Assembly (NCBI RefSeq): GCF_009914755.1
Contig: NC_060936.1
Length of the DNA: 64,000 nt
Origin: the human T2T-CHM13v2.0 reference genome, Homo sapiens
Direction: 5' to 3' (one strand)
How positions within the stretch are numbered: the stretch's first letter is position 1; each line of letters starts with the position of its first letter. Under the pieces are notes generated by a model. That model saw only the letters and a list, made by a program, of their open reading frames with translations. It did no database searches and was not told where the DNA came from. The translations under genes and the position numbers were made by a program. Positions 1 through 20,994 of the stretch are shown one piece after another.

Positions 1-630
1 TGACCATCTCCCCAACTGCCCCCCAACAAGCCTGAAAGCCCTGGTAACCCCTATTCTACTCTCTACTTCTTTGAGTTCAACTTTTTAAGAGTCCACATAT
101 GAGATCATGCAGTATTTGTCTTTCTGTGCCTGACTTATTTCACTTAGCACAATGTCCTTTGGGTTCATCTATGTCACAAGCAACAGGATGTCCTCCTTTT
201 TAAAAGACTGAATAGTATTCCATGGTGTGTTTTCTTTATCCAACCCCATTTTCTTTATCCATCCATCCGTTGATGAACACTTAAACACTTAGTTGGTTTC
301 AAATCTTGGCTATTGTGAATAGTGCTGCAATGAACATGGCAGTACAGATACCTCTTCAACATACCAATTTTATTTCCTTTGGATATATATACCCAGGAGT
401 GGGATTGCTAGATCATATGGTAGTACTATTTTTAATTTTTTAAGGAACCTCCATACTGTTTTCTGCAATGGCTGTGTTAATTTACATTCCCACCAGCAGT
501 GCACAAGGCTTCCCTGCTCTCCACAACCTCGCTAGCATTTGTTATCTTTCATCTTTTTGATAACAGCATTCCAACAGGTATGAGGTGATATCTCATTGTG
601 GTTTTAACATGTATTTCTCTGATAATTAGT
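1..630 (-). mobile_element. L1MA-type LINE-1 3' portion
   Basis: Typical antisense L1 text (tggctattgtgaatagtgctgcaatgaacat, tttacattcccaccagcagtg). Confidence 0.9.
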
Positions 631-1145
631 GCAGAAGTTTTAGATACAGAATCACAGTTAGTCCTGACAATAATCTCTAAAATACCCATGCAGATGGGGA
701 AAGAGCTGCAGAGAAGTTAAAGAAATTGTCTGCACCTTACAGCTGAGACCAGAACCAGGTCTGTATAATTTCAGAGCACATAATCTTTCAAAGTAACCTA
801 ACAAAATCACAGCAACTTTTAGGTTCACAGAGAACAGGCCAAAAAAACAAACAAACAAAAAGAAAGAAATTATAGTAATTTCCAGGTATGAACCAGTAAT
901 CCAAACTAAACATATTTTGTTGAATGAATATCCTGGATTCTACTATGTTTCTCCAAGTCCCCACTGTCTTAAAACATAGCATTTGGGGTTCAGTAGTTAC
1001 TGATAAACCTTTTGCATATCTATGCACTGTTAGTTCTTTACCCTACACATTATTTTATTGTAGTAAAGCCAATTTTCTGACATTTATCTGAAAGCAAACT
1101 GTGAAGTACTTCCATTCTACTTCCTGGTGATTTTTAGTGACCTGG

Positions 1146-1875
<730 letters not shown>

Positions 1876-1879
1876 TTCA

Positions 1880-3940
<2,061 letters not shown>

Positions 3941-4487
3941 AAGTCTACACATATTTTTTTAATATTTCCAATTTCACAACACAATTCCTCCAAAAAAAAC
4001 TTATGGAGCTTTTTATTATGAATGTGTCACTGACATTCAGTCATAATCTATCTTAGCAACGATATAGGCACATACCAGACTGAAAAGATTTGACAAACGG
4101 TATTCTGAGAAACCCACATTTGGTCAATAATCAAGGAAATAATTTGTTAAAAAGGAATAAGATGAAACAAATCCACATTGCGTTTGAGCTCTATAAGTCA
4201 AAGATACAGTTTTAAAAAGTAAACTCAAGTAATCCAATATTACAAGATCTAGAGGGTCAGGACAAAGTGAGTTAGGCTTGCACATCAAAGAAATAGCTAG
4301 GCAACTACCAAAAATGTTTCCAGGTGAAATCAAGTTGCAAAATTGTATAAACAATCTTGAGATAATTAAACAAAAGAAAATATATTTTCAGATGTTAAGG
4401 GCTGCAGAGGGAAAAAGAGCGACTCTATATAGAGAAAATTAATATACTGGAGCTTATCTCCTAAGAATGGCTTCTGAAGCATAAGGT

Positions 4488-4791
4488 GTTTTTTTTTGGT
4501 TTTTTTTTTTTTTGAGAGTCTCACTCTTTCACCCAGGCTGGAGTGCAGTGGCATGATCTTGGCTAACTGCAACCTCTGCCTCTTAGGTTCAAGTGATTCT
4601 CGTGCCTTAGCCTCCTGAGTAGCTGGAATTACAGGCACGTGCCACCCCACCCAGCTAATTTTTGTATTTTTAGTGGAGATGGGATTTCACCATGTTGGCC
4701 AGGCTGGTCTCAAACTCCTCACCTCAAGTGATCCACCCACCTCAGCCTCCCAAAGTGCTGGGATTACAGGCATGAGTCACCATGCCCAGCC
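4488..4791 (-). mobile_element. Alu
   Basis: Antisense Alu dimer with CTGAAGCATA duplication. Confidence 0.95.
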
Positions 4792-6290
4792 TGAAGCATA
4801 CATTCAATCTAACAAGTCTTCTAGGTATTTGTTCTACAGACACAGTTACCCAAGTGCTGAATTGCATACATTCAAGGATATTTATTTTGGAGTATTTTAA
4901 ATCATAACACAAAATGGGAATATTCTATAAATATTTCAATAAGGTCTGCCAGACCCATATATCCAGTAGCCATGGGAATGATATCTAAGCTGTGAGTGAA
5001 AACCAAAGGATTAAAAACATGGGCATCCAAGAGAAGGTCAGGGTTCAACGCCAGCACGGTCTTTGACACAGCGGCTAGCAAAGATTCATTGGTCTGTGCA
5101 CCATTTCCAGCAGCTATACTCCAGAGTTGCTGGTGCTCACCATCTCTTCACTTCTCTGCCTGGTATTTAGAAATAAGGCTGATCTCCTTACAGTGAATAA
5201 TTCTCTGGTGCAGGCCACGAGAGGAGCCTGGACTTCGTCCTCCTTGTGGCAGTAAAGAGGAGCCTCTCCCCTCTCTTCTGGAATGGTATCAGAGGAGCTT
5301 AGTAGAGACTCGAGATTTTCATTATTATCCAAAGGTCACAAGGCCACCCCCACCATGATGTCATTGGAGACTACCTGGAGAGGCTCAAGGACCCGTGAAT
5401 CTATAACAAAAGATCTAACATTTATGTCCTCAGACTTCCAAAAGGAGAGAAGCAAAAAGACATAACCGAAAAAGTATTCTCACAGAAATATAGTTGAAAA
5501 CTTCCCAAATTTGCCAAGAGATGTAAATGTACAGTTTCAATAGGCTGAGCAAACCTCCAAACATAATAAACCCAAAGAAATCCACACCAAGAGACATCAT
5601 AATCAAATTTCTGAAAACTAAATACAAAGAAAAAAATCTTGAAATCAGCCAGAGGAAAACATGGCAGAAACAATTAAAATCGAAATAGATTTCTCATCAT
5701 AAACCATGTATTCCAAAAGAAAAGTGACACAAATATTTTTCAAATGCTGAAAGAAAAGAACTGTCAATCCAGAGTCCTATACCCAGTAAAAATATCCTGT
5801 GAGAATTAAGGGGAAATCACAATATTCTCAGATGAATAAAAACTAAGATAATTTGTCATCAGGAGAACCGCCCTAGAAGAATAGCTAAAGGAAGTTGTCT
5901 AAACAGAAAAGAAATGATACAAGGAGGATGGAACACCATGAAGCAAGGAAGAGAGTACATGGTAAGCAAAAATATTGGCAAACACAATAGGCTTTATTTC
6001 TCCTCAAGAGTTTTCCAAATTGTATTTGATGGTTGAAGCAAAACTTATAACACTATCTGATGTGGTTCTCAATGTATGTAGAAGAAATATTTAAGACAAT
6101 TATACTATAAACAGGGGAAGATAAAAGGGTGTTATGGGGGGAAAGAGTTCTATACTTCACTCAAAGGATAAAAAAGAATATCAGTTGACTGAAATAGGTT
6201 ATGGATACACAATGGAATACTTAGAGCAATCACTAAAAGTGCTATACAAAGAAATACAAATGCTAAAAAAGAAATACATTCAAAACACTA

Positions 6291-6620
<330 letters not shown>

Positions 6621-7237
6621 TCAATTAACCCAGAAGACAGAGAAAGTGAACAGAGAAACAGAAAGCAGAACAAACAAAACAAGAAATAAAATGTCAGGCT
6701 TAAGTTATAGCATATCAATAAGTACATTAAATGCAAGTAGCCAAAATAATCAATTAAAAGACAGATTGACAGATTGGATTTACAAATATGACCCACCTGA
6801 GTGAGGCCTGGTGGCTTGCACCTGTAATACCAGCTACTTGGTAGGCTGAGGTGGGAGGATTGCTCGAGGCTAGGAGCTCAAGACCAGCCTAGGCAACATA
6901 GCAAGACCCTCATCTCTAAAGAAAAAAAAAAAATAGCTGGAAATGGCAGCTTGCACCTGTAGTCCTAGCTACTCGAGAGTCTGAGGTGGGAGGATCACTT
7001 GAGCCCAGGAGTTCGAGGCTGAGGCCACAGTAAGCCATGATCACACCACTACACTCCAGCCTGAGTGATAGAGCAAGACCCTTCTCTAAAATATATATAT
7101 TCAGATTGAAAAAAAAAGGATAGAAAAAGACATAGCATGCAAGCATTCATAAAAGGAAAGCAGAGATCGAGCACTATGGCTCACACGTGTAATCCCAGCA
7201 CTTTGGGAGGCTGAGGAGGGTGGATCACTTGAGGTCA

Positions 7238-7486
<249 letters not shown>

Positions 7487-7814
7487 CTAAAGTAGACTTC
7501 AGAGCAAAGAAAATTGCTAGAGACAGGGAGGGAGATTACATAATGATCAAAGGGTCAATCCACCAGGAAGTATTAACAATACTAACTGTCTGTATGCCAA
7601 ACAACAGATCTGCAAACTATATGATGCAAAAACTGATAGAACTGATAGTAGAAATAGACAAATCCACAATTATAGTTGGAGACTCCAACACTCCTCTCTA
7701 AACAATTGATAGAACGAGTAGACCAAAAATCAGCAAGGCTGTAGAAAAACTCAACAACACCATCAACCAACAGGACCTAATTGACATTTGTAGAACAGCT
7801 GACACAATAGCAGA

Positions 7815-7954
7815 ATATACATTCTAATACACATCAGAATACACACTAAACATACACCAAGATAGACCATATACATTCTAATATACATCAGAATGCACAC
7901 TCAACACACACCAAGATAGACCATATACGTTCTAATACACATCAGAATGCACAC
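7815..7954 (+). repeat. 54-bp tandem repeat (~2.6 copies) of L1 endonuclease-region sequence
   Basis: (A/G)TTCTAATA recurs at 7821, 7875 and 7929. Confidence 0.9.
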
Positions 7955-8186
7955 GTGGCCTCCCAAAGTGCTGGGATTACAAGCATGAGCCAAAGTGCCC
8001 AGCCCAATATGAAATAGATAATTTGAATAGCCCTATAACTATTAAGAAAATTTAATTCATAATTTTGAAATTCCCTCCCAGAAAAATATCCAGACCTAAA
8101 TGCTTTCACTAGATAACTCTACCAAATGTTTAAAGAATTAACACCAATTCTACGTAATCTCTTCCAGAATATAGATAAGGAGGGAA

Positions 8187-8583
8187 TTCTTAGTTCATTT
8201 ATGCTGCTATAACAAAATACCTGAGACTGCATCATTTATAAGCAATATAAATTTTTTCTCACAGTTCTGGAAGCTGGGAAGTCCAAGACCAGAGCACCAG
8301 CAGTTCTGGAGTCTGGTGAGGGCTGCTATCTCTGCTTCAACATGGCACCTTGTTGCATCCTCCTGAGAGAATAAATGCTGTATCCTTACATGGCAGAAGG
8401 ATAGAAGGACAAAAAGGGCCTAGCTAGTTTCCTCCAGACCTTTCATATGGCACTAATCCATTCATGAGGGCTCTCCCTCATGACTTAATAACTTCTTAAA
8501 AGGCCTCATCTGTTAACACTACCATAATGGGGATTAAGTTTCAACATGAACTTTAGAAAGAACACAAACACTCAACCCATGGT
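8187..8583 (-). mobile_element. MaLR LTR (MST/MLT1A-like) nested in L1
   Basis: gctgctataacaaaatacc ... ctcacagttctggaagctgggaagtccaag ... attaagtttcaacatgaa. Confidence 0.85.
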
Positions 8584-10919
8584 ATCTTCATAATTGGTTT
8601 TATTTCTACCAAGACCAGATGAAGGCAGAAAACTACCAAAAAAAAAAAAAAAACAAAACAAAAAAGTCAGAAAACCACAGATCAATACTATCTTGAAAAC
8701 AGACATGAAAATCCTGAAAAAAAAAATTAGTAAATAAAATTCAGCAGTATGTAAAAAGAATTATACATCTCGACCAAGTGGGGCTTATTATAGGGAGGCA
8801 GAGCTAGTCCAATATTGGAAAATCAATAAATGTAATCAACCATATTAACAAGCTACAGAAGAAAAATCACATGATCATATCAATTGATGTGGAAAAAGTA
8901 TTTGACAAAATTCAACACTCATTCATGATTTAAAAAAAACTCTCAGAAAATTATCAATAGAAAAGAAATGCATCCACTTAGTAAAAAGCACCTATAAAAA
9001 ACCTACAGCAACATTATACCTGATGGTGAAAGTCTGAATATTTTTCCCTTAAAATCAAGAATAAGACAAGCGTATTCACACTTACATTCTTATTCAACAT
9101 AGTACTGAAAGTTTTAGCCAGTGCAGTAAGACAAAAGGATGGGGTGAGGGAGAATAAAAAGGAAGACATTATTATCTATATATAGAAAATTCCAAGGAGT
9201 ATACAAGAAAAACAAACTCTTAGTACTGAGTTCAGTAAACTTGCAGGATATAAGATAAACATACAAAAATCAATTGTATTTCTATATACTAGCAATGGAC
9301 ATGCAGACATCAAAATTTAAAATATAATATCATTTGCAATCACTCAAAAAGAATGGAATACTTAGGTGTCAGTCTAATAAAACATATCCAGGGATTTTAT
9401 GCTGAAGACTATGCTATGCCGATGAAAGAAATAAAAATATCTAAATAAAGGGAGAGACATACTGTGTTTATGACTAGAAGATTCAACATAATAAAGGTGT
9501 AAATTCTCCCAAATTGATATGAAGTCTTAATATAATTCCTATCAAAATCCCAGAAAGTTTTAAAAATAGATATAAACAAGCTTATCCTAAAATTTAAATG
9601 AAAAGGCAAAGGAACTGGACTTCAAAACAATTTTGAAAAAGAAGAAAAAAAGTGGGAGGTGACTCAGTCTATCTGATTTCAAGACATATTATATAGGTCA
9701 GTAATCGAGACTATGTGATATTGGTGGAGAGATAGACACATAGGTCAATGGAACAGAATAAAGAATCCAGAAGCAGATCCACATAAATATGCCCAACTGA
9801 TTTTTGACAAGGTGCAAAAGCAACTCAACAAAGGAGAAACAGGCTTTCAACATAAGATGCTGGAGTGATTGCACATCTATTACCAGAAATAATGAACCTC
9901 AACCTAAGCCTCACACCTCAAGCAAAAATTAACTCAAAATGGATCATGAACTTAAATGTAAAGCCATAAAACACTTAGGAAAAAAACATAGGATAAAATA
10001 GTCAAGATCTAGAATGACGTAAAGTGTTGTGTTTTTTTCACATATGGAGAATGCCCTGTGATAGGGTTCTTAGACTTGACACCAAAAGCACAGTTCATAA
10101 AAGGAAAGATGTATAAACTGGACTTCATCAAGATTTTAAATTTTTGTTCTGTAAAAAATCTTGTTAAGAGAATGAAAAGACAAGCTACAGAGTGGGAAGA
10201 AAATATTTGCAAACCATATATCTGACATAGGACTAGTATCTGGAATATATAAAGAACTCTCAAAAATTAAACAATAAGAAAGCAAACAATCCAATTAGGA
10301 AATGGACAAAACATGTGAAGAGACATTTTAACACAGAAAATATACAGACGACAAATAAGCACGTGAAAATATGTTCAACAGCATAAGCCATTCGTGAAAT
10401 TCAAGTTGAAACCACTATGCAGTATTACTACATATCTATCAGGATGGCTAAGATGAAAAATAGTGACACCACCAAATTCTGACAAGGATGCAGAGAAACT
10501 AGATCACTCATATGATGCTGGTGAGAATGTGAAATGGTGGTGTTTGGAAGTTTCTTAGAAAAGTAAACATGCAACTGCCATATGACCCAGCAATTGAGCT
10601 CCTGGGTATTTATCTCAGAGAAATGAAGACTTGTAGTCACACAAAAGTTTGTGCACAAATGTTTATAGCAGCTATATTCATAAGAGCTCAAAACTAGAAG
10701 CAATCTAGATGTCCTTCAATAGGTGACTGCTTAGACAAAATATGGTACATTCTATGCGATGTTATTCAACAGTAAAAAGGAACAAACTTTTGATAAACAC
10801 AACAACCTAGATGAATCTCCAGAGGATTAGGCTGAGTGGGGAAAAAAGCCAATCTTGGCGGGGCACGGTGGCTCACACCTGTAATCCCAGCACTTTGGGA
10901 GGCCGAGGCAGGCAGATCA

Positions 10920-11264
<345 letters not shown>

Positions 11265-11766
11265 TCAGGAGTTATGGAGGGGGTGGGAGCAGGAAGTCAC
11301 GGGTTGTGGCTATAAAATGGCAAGATGAGGGAACTTTATGGTAACGAAAATGTTCTGTATCTTGACAGTATCAATGTCTATATCCTGATTATAACATTGT
11401 GCTATTATATGCTGTTACCATTGGAAAAAAAATGGGTAAACGGTACACAGGATCTTGATTATTTCTTACAACTACATATGAATCTACAATTATCTCAAAA
11501 TTAAAAGTTAATTTTTAAAAACAAATTCAGGGCATACACATACAAAACTAAATTTATCTTTTATAAGTTGGCAGGGTTCTGCTGATATAGACCAGGTGGC
11601 TCTGCTGAACTTAGCTGGCCTCACTCGTGTGTGCTGCTGATCTAGGCTGGGTTCCTCCAGGTCAACTGGAGAATTTGATTCTGTTTCATGTATCTGTCAT
11701 CCTCAGCAGGCTGGCCTGGGCATGTTCTTATGGCCATAGCTGAGGTGCATGAGAAAACAAGCTCTA

Positions 11767-12572
<806 letters not shown>

Positions 12573-12810
12573 TCATGCATGGTGGGAGGGCACTGTGAAG
12601 TTACGTGGCAACAGGCATGAATATGGGGCAGAGGAGGTGAAAAGCTGGGGTCAAGGACTCTACCACCATCCTTGAACACCTCCAGGACTAAAAATACCTA
12701 TTGCGGCTTTCTCTTCTTACTGCAGTAACTCTTACCCACTCCCCCACTCTACCTGCCTCATCCAAGTGAGGGGGAAATGAAAGGAAGAAGAGGAAACAGA
12801 GCATTGAAAA

Positions 12811-13476
12811 TGTGTGCCTCTGTGTGTGTCTGTGTGTCTGTGTGTGTCTGCGTTTGTGTCTATCTGTGTCTCTCTGTGTGTCTGTGTCTGTGTATGTGTG
12901 TCTGTGTGTATGTCTGTGTATCTCTGTGTGTCTATGTGTGTGCCTGTGTGTGCCTGCGTGTCCGTATATGTATGTGTTTGTCTCTGTGTCTGTGTATCTG
13001 TGTGTCTGTGTATCAGTGTGTGTGTGTCTATCAGTGTGTGTGTCTGTGTATCAGTGTCTGTGTGTCTGTTTGTGTATCTGTGTGTCTGTGTATCTGTGTG
13101 TGTCTGTGTGTGTGCCTGTGTGTGTCTGTGTATCTGTGTGTCTGTGTGTCTCTGTGTGTGGCTGTGTGTGTCTCTGTGTCTGTGTGTGTGTACCTGTATC
13201 TGTGTATCTGTGTGTCTCTGTGTGTGTCTGTGTGTGTGCCTATGTGTGTCTGTGTATCTGTGTGTCTGTATGTCTCTGTGTGTGGCTGTGTGTGTCTCTG
13301 TGTGTGTCTGTGTTTCTGTGTGTGTCTGTGTATCTGTGTGTATGTCTGTGTATGTGTGTGTGTGTCTGTGTGTGTCTGCATGTGTGCCTCTGTGTGTGTA
13401 TCTGTATGTCTGTGTATGTGTCCCTGTGTATGTGTCTCTGTGTATCTGTGTGTCTCTTTGTGTGTGTCTGTGGGTA
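12811..13476. repeat. Long degenerate (TG)n/(TGTC)n simple repeat
   Basis: ~665 bp of TG dinucleotides interrupted by TC and TA. Confidence 0.98.
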
Positions 13477-13648
13477 TGTTGTGGAAATCCTTGGAAATCT
13501 CCTATTTGTGGGAACTGAATCCCCAGCACTGCCATGTAAATATTTTTCCCTCTCATGGGCCACTGTGGCCATTGTCCATTGTTTCAAAGACCCTACAACA
13601 GGATCTGAGTTTCCCTTTGCCAAAAGACAGGTCACAGGGAAGGGAACA

Positions 13649-14174
13649 CAGCTGACCCTTGAACAATGTGGGGTTAGGGATGCTGACCCCCACGTCGTCA
13701 AAAATCCGCGTATAACTTTTGATTCCCAAAAAAGGAGTCAGGCTGATGTCTGCCCAATATTCTACTGAACTTAACTACCAAGAGCCTACAGTTGACTGGG
13801 AAACCTTGCTGATAACATAGTCAGTTAACTCATATTTCGTGTATGAATTATATAATGTATTCTTACAATAAAGTAAGCCAAAGAAAAGAAAATACTATTA
13901 AGAAAATCATGAGGAAGAAAAATATTTCCTCTTCGTTAAGTGCAAGTGGAGTTTCATGAAGGTTTTCATCCTTATTGTCTTCACACTGAGTAGGGTGCGG
14001 AGGAGGAAGCGGAGGGGTTATTCTTGCTGTCTCTGGGTGGCAGAGGCAGAAGAGGCGGAGGAAGTAAAAGGGAAGGCAGGAGAGGCAGACACACTCAGTG
14101 TAGCTTGTACTGGAAAAAACCTGTGTATAAGTGAACCTGTGCAGTTCAAATCCGTCTTGTTCAAGGGTCAACTC
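13649..14174. mobile_element. Tigger2-derived (MER28/Tigger2a-like) DNA transposon
   Basis: TIRs CAGCTGACCCTTGAACAA and TTGTTCAAGGGTCAACTC. Confidence 0.88.
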
Positions 14175-14576
14175 TCTATAACGTCTACAAATGTCCTACC
14201 CTGCGCCAGGCTGCCTCTGCCCCAATCTTTATTCCATCTTCTGCCCCATCTCTGACTCTCTTCTCACCTTTACAGTTTTCTAGAGTCCTTGTTCCTTTCC
14301 TAGCACGCACCCAGACTTTATGTTATGAGAATCCCTGTCCAAAGCCACTGAGAGCAGTCTCTTTGCCTCCGTATCTTCATTAGTAAAACATGGGTATCAG
14401 CAGTGCCCACCTCACAGCGTTGATGTGAGGATGAAGCGACATGACTGATAATGAGTTTACACTGCCCGGTATGCGGTGATTCCTCAATAAATTGCAGGAT
14501 GTGTTTTTTCTTTTCTTTTAATATGGGGGTAGGGGCTGCCCAGTCTCACTGCAGACAGCTAAAGGAATCGCAGCAC

Positions 14577-14877
14577 CAGGCGCGATGGCTCACGCCTGTA
14601 ATCCCAACACTTTGGGAGGCCGAGGCGGGTGCATCACGAGGTCAGGAGTTTTGAGACCAACCTGGCAACATGGTGAAAACCCATCTCTACTAAAAATACA
14701 AAAATTAGCCGGACCTGGTGGCGAGCGCCTGTAGCCCCAGCTACTCAGGAGGCTGAAGCAAGAGAATCGCTTGAACCCGGGAGGCAGAGGTTGTAGTGAG
14801 CCGAGACCGCGCCAATGCACTCCAGCCTGGGCGACAGAGCGAGACTCCATCTAAAAAAAAAAAAAAAAAAAAAAAAA
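14577..14877 (+). mobile_element. Alu
   Basis: Full dimer with poly(A) tail. Confidence 0.95.
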
Positions 14878-15412
14878 GGAATCCCAGCAATCCAAGGCGG
14901 AATTCTAGAAATAGTTTCCCGTAGAAACACCGTTCTACACTGCAGTCTTATTCTATCCCACTATTATTACTCCCAAAGATTCTAAGGTCCCAGTGCTTTC
15001 GCTTCATCCTAGAGGCTAAATGGGCTCCCCTGGACTCGCCTGGCAGAACTAACCACCTAGAAGAACGTTATTGTAAGGGGGAAATGTGAGTGCTACATAA
15101 GTTTCTTATAAATGTGCTTTTGAAATAGAGTCCACTCTTAAGTTTGATATTTCCTAAAATTTAATGTGTGAAGGAAGATGCTTGGGAGACAATCCGTTTA
15201 TCAGGCTGATATATGGCAGATAGTCTACTGACCTCCCTGAGCAAGAACCTTAGGAATGAGGCCAGGTGGCAGAAACACTCAGGGCCAAGGGTAGGGAGCA
15301 AAACTGTGATGTAAAGAGACCTAGATGGACTTGGGAGGAGGTGGGGTTCAATAGGAGGCCACGACTAATGCCCTGGCATGCAAAGGCTGGACAGGAGTCT
15401 TGAAAGAGCCTC

Positions 15413-15611
<199 letters not shown>

Positions 15612-15827
15612 TCAAAAATATGGAAAACCAGATCCTAAGAGCAAAATGCCAAGGGGGACACTTATTAGTGAGGAGTCTGCAAAAACAGAAAGGTTTTAGC
15701 CAGAAGCTTATAGGAGTAGACCTGGAACCCAAATTGAAAAGGAACAGTGCGACCCGTAATTTGAGAAGGAAATAGAATAGGCAGAAGAACTACAGAAACT
15801 ATAGCTTCGAGTCTAAGAGCCTATTTA

Positions 15828-16075
15828 CAGGGGTGTCCAATCTTTTGGCTTCCCTGGGCCACACTGGAAGAAGAATTGTCTTGGGCCACACATAAAACAC
15901 ACTAACACTAATAGCTGATGAGCTAAAAAAAAAAAAAAAGAAAAAAGAAAAAAAAGAAAAGAAAAGAAAAAAGAATGGCCGTGCATAAATCTCATAATGT
16001 TTTAAGAAAGTTTACAAATTTGTGTTGAGCCACATTCAAAGCCATCCTGGGCCTCATGCAGCCCGTGGAAGCTTG
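15828..16075. mobile_element. MER30 (hAT-Charlie MITE) with an expanded internal A-rich tract
   Basis: caggggtgtccaatcttttggcttccctgggccaca ... aagcttg. Confidence 0.9.
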
Positions 16076-17188
16076 CATAAGAGAGAGATTTAGGACCTTT
16101 TGGCGGAAGTGCTCGATAAGGATTGAATAGCACCATAAACTGAAGCTAAACTGAAAGGTTTTAGAATTTAACTTAAGACACCTCAAATGCTTTTTAGATG
16201 AAACTCAGGACTTTTCACTGTAGTAAAGTTCAGCGTGAAATTGACCTTGTAGGGGCACCAGACAGCAGTGAGCAGGGTGTATAAGAGTGAGGGAGGGGTT
16301 AATAAATAGAGATGGTGGGAAAAGGAGCTGGCTTTTCGTGAGTTCAGCTTCTTGCAGACTAGACTAGCAAGAGTCAAGAATGAACCTAAGCCAGACTCAG
16401 GTCTACTGGGCAGTGCTAGGCCTGTCTCAACCCTGTTTGCACATCAGGTACCCCATGCGTCTGCTGTAGTCTGTAGCTACATGGGAACCTAAAACATCAC
16501 CGAGGTTTCTAGTGATGTTGAAACTCAGCTAATAAACAGGGAATCCCGAGGGTTCCCCTCTACTCCACTCCTGACAGTGGCCATCCTGCCTCTGCTTGAA
16601 TACCTTAACTCGCCTCTCATGAGGCACCCATCTCCTCATTAAATGATTGTCACTGGGAAGAATCCGCCCCACACAGCCAGATCAAATTTACCCCCTGGTA
16701 ACTTTCAGCCCCTGGTCCCCATTCTGCTCTTTAGCACTAGGTAGCTGAATCGAATCTTTCCATGAGAGTCAATTCCATTCCTCCTAAATCTTCTCTCTTC
16801 TAAGATAAATAGTCCACATTATACAATCTTAATACCCAATTCAATGAGCACTTCATGATAGTCTAATATATGCAAAGCACCATGCTTGTGCCAAGTGGGA
16901 CCCTAAAGCGAATATTATCTCCTTGCTCTTTAGGCAAACAGGGTGAAGACAAGAGGCATAGGTGATGGACACTAAAACAAAGACCGTAAGTACTGTAATA
17001 GCTACACACAACTTACAATCATATAGGCATGGGGAAAGAGTAGCCCAGCTTACCTTGGAGGATCTGGAAAGGTTCTAAGAAGAAGTGGAATTGAGTTGGA
17101 GTTGGAAAGACTTCAACAATCAGATGTGAGAAGGACGTGGGTGGTGAGTGCAAAGAAAATAGGACACGGCTGAGGACCTTGTTTTCTT

Positions 17189-17895
17189 TTTCTTTTTTGA
17201 GGTTTTTTTCTTCTTCCTTTGTTTTTCGTTTTATTTTTATTTTTCATTAACAAGTAGTAATAATACATGTTTATGGAGTACAATTTGATGTTTTGATATA
17301 GGTTTACAATGTGGAATGATTAAATCAGGCTAGTTAGTAAATCCATCACCTCACAAACTTACCAATTTTTTGCAGTAAAAACATTTAAGATCTACTTTTA
17401 GCAATTTTGAAATATACAATGCATTATTACTTATTATAGTTACCATGCTGTGCAATTGATTAGTAAAGCTTATTCCTCTTGTCTAACTGAAACTGTGTAG
17501 CCTTTGACCAACCACCGCTCCACCCCCAGTCCCTGGTAACCACCATTGTACTCTCTACTTCTATGAGATCAACTTTCTCAGATCCTACCTATGAGTGAGA
17601 TCGTGCAATATTTGTCTTTCTGTGCCTGGCTTATTTCACTTAGCGTAGTGTCCTCCAGATTCATCCATGTTGTCCCAAATCACAGGATTTCACCCCTGTT
17701 TAAGGCTGAGTAGTATTCTATTGTGCATATATACCACATTTTCTTTATTCATTCATCTGTTGATGGACACCTAGATTGATTCCATATCTTGGCTATGGTA
17801 AATCGTGTTGCAATGAACATGGGAGTTCAGGTGTCTCTTCAACATACTGATTTCAATGCCTTTGGATAAATACCCAGAAGTGGGATTGCTGTATC
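17189..17895 (-). mobile_element. 5'-truncated L1MA-type element with retained TSD
   Basis: AGGACCTTG(T/G)TTTCTT at 17173-17188 and 17896-17911. Confidence 0.9.
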
Positions 17896-18239
17896 AGGAC
17901 CTTGGTTTCTTAGCTTCTGTCTGACCTTGAGCATACCTAAAATAAGAGCCCTGAACGAGATAATTTCTAAAGTTTAGTGATAGAGACCAAAAGGAGTATA
18001 CGTCTGAGCATTCCAACTTAGGCCAAAGCCTAAAAGTGAGAAGCCTGCCCATATCAAGGGAGTGAGGTGTGTGTTTGGGGCAGGGGTAGTAGAAGAGCAA
18101 GACGGTTCATGAATTCAGTATTCTTGTTTCACTGATGCAGCACCCATCACCATTCTGATCAGGTCCCTTGGGGACATGGACAGTGTCCTTAGAATGACAA
18201 TGATGATGGTACCACCAGCACCACCACCACCATTTCTCT

Positions 18240-20171
<1,932 letters not shown>

Positions 20172-20994
20172 TTACTCATAGAGTCATAAACAGTTAGAGA
20201 ATGAGCCATTTTTCACAAAATATTGAGGGCTGGAGAGGTTGAACAATTTGCTCCCACTCACACATCTAGGAAAGAGAGGAGATGGAAAAGTAAACAATCC
20301 AGAAAGGTCAAGGCCCTCATTCCATCAATGCACAATTCAAGTACACATACGTGGGAAACCATCTGAAAAGTTTTGTAATTACAATTTCATCTAGCCAGCA
20401 ATTCTCCAACTCATTCACATGCATCTCATGACATCGTTGTCAGAAGCCTTGCTAGAGTGAACGTGCACTTCATCAAACACACCCCTGATCCGTGGGAGAT
20501 GGGATTCGTTTGTGCTGATCTACTCTCCAGGAACACAAGAAACTCACCATTCTAACGGTTCATAAATCATCCATTTAATACCCCAGTTTCAGATTTTGCA
20601 GGAATTAACATCAATGCACGGTTTTTGAGACCCGCCAACTTGCTGAAACAGTGCAAGCCACCTGCAGTCCTCGGATACCACTCAGTGATGGCCCTAGGTC
20701 TCCCTACTCTGGGCCTGAGATTCACTTACAGCTGCAAAACACACCTGTGCACTCTCCTCATAGGCAGAACGCTTCCACTTCTCAGTCATTTCCAACTGAG
20801 ACTGTTTTCCTTGGTAGAGAATACAGAAGTCAAATGGACTCAGAGTGATTCTGCCTTGTCTCTGCCTTCTGTTGTTGAGAATAAACCAGAAAAATCCCTT
20901 CTTCTGTCATTAACATTTTCAAGAAGCTCCGTTCAGTCCAGTGCTCTTATTTCAGGCCTATCACATCCTTTCATATTTGTGTTTTCATAGCCAC

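Noticed and set aside
4960-5400. Unique-looking segment with short ORFs on both strands
   Set aside because: No recognisable homology, exon structure or retrocopy hallmarks.
12732-13768. Long ORFs of 116-318 aa rich in C/V or H/T
   Set aside because: Translations of the TG microsatellite; low complexity with no gene structure.
14950-15091. Possible far-upstream exon ending at AAT|GTGAGT
   Set aside because: Only a donor-like hexamer; no promoter or acceptor evidence in the sequence.
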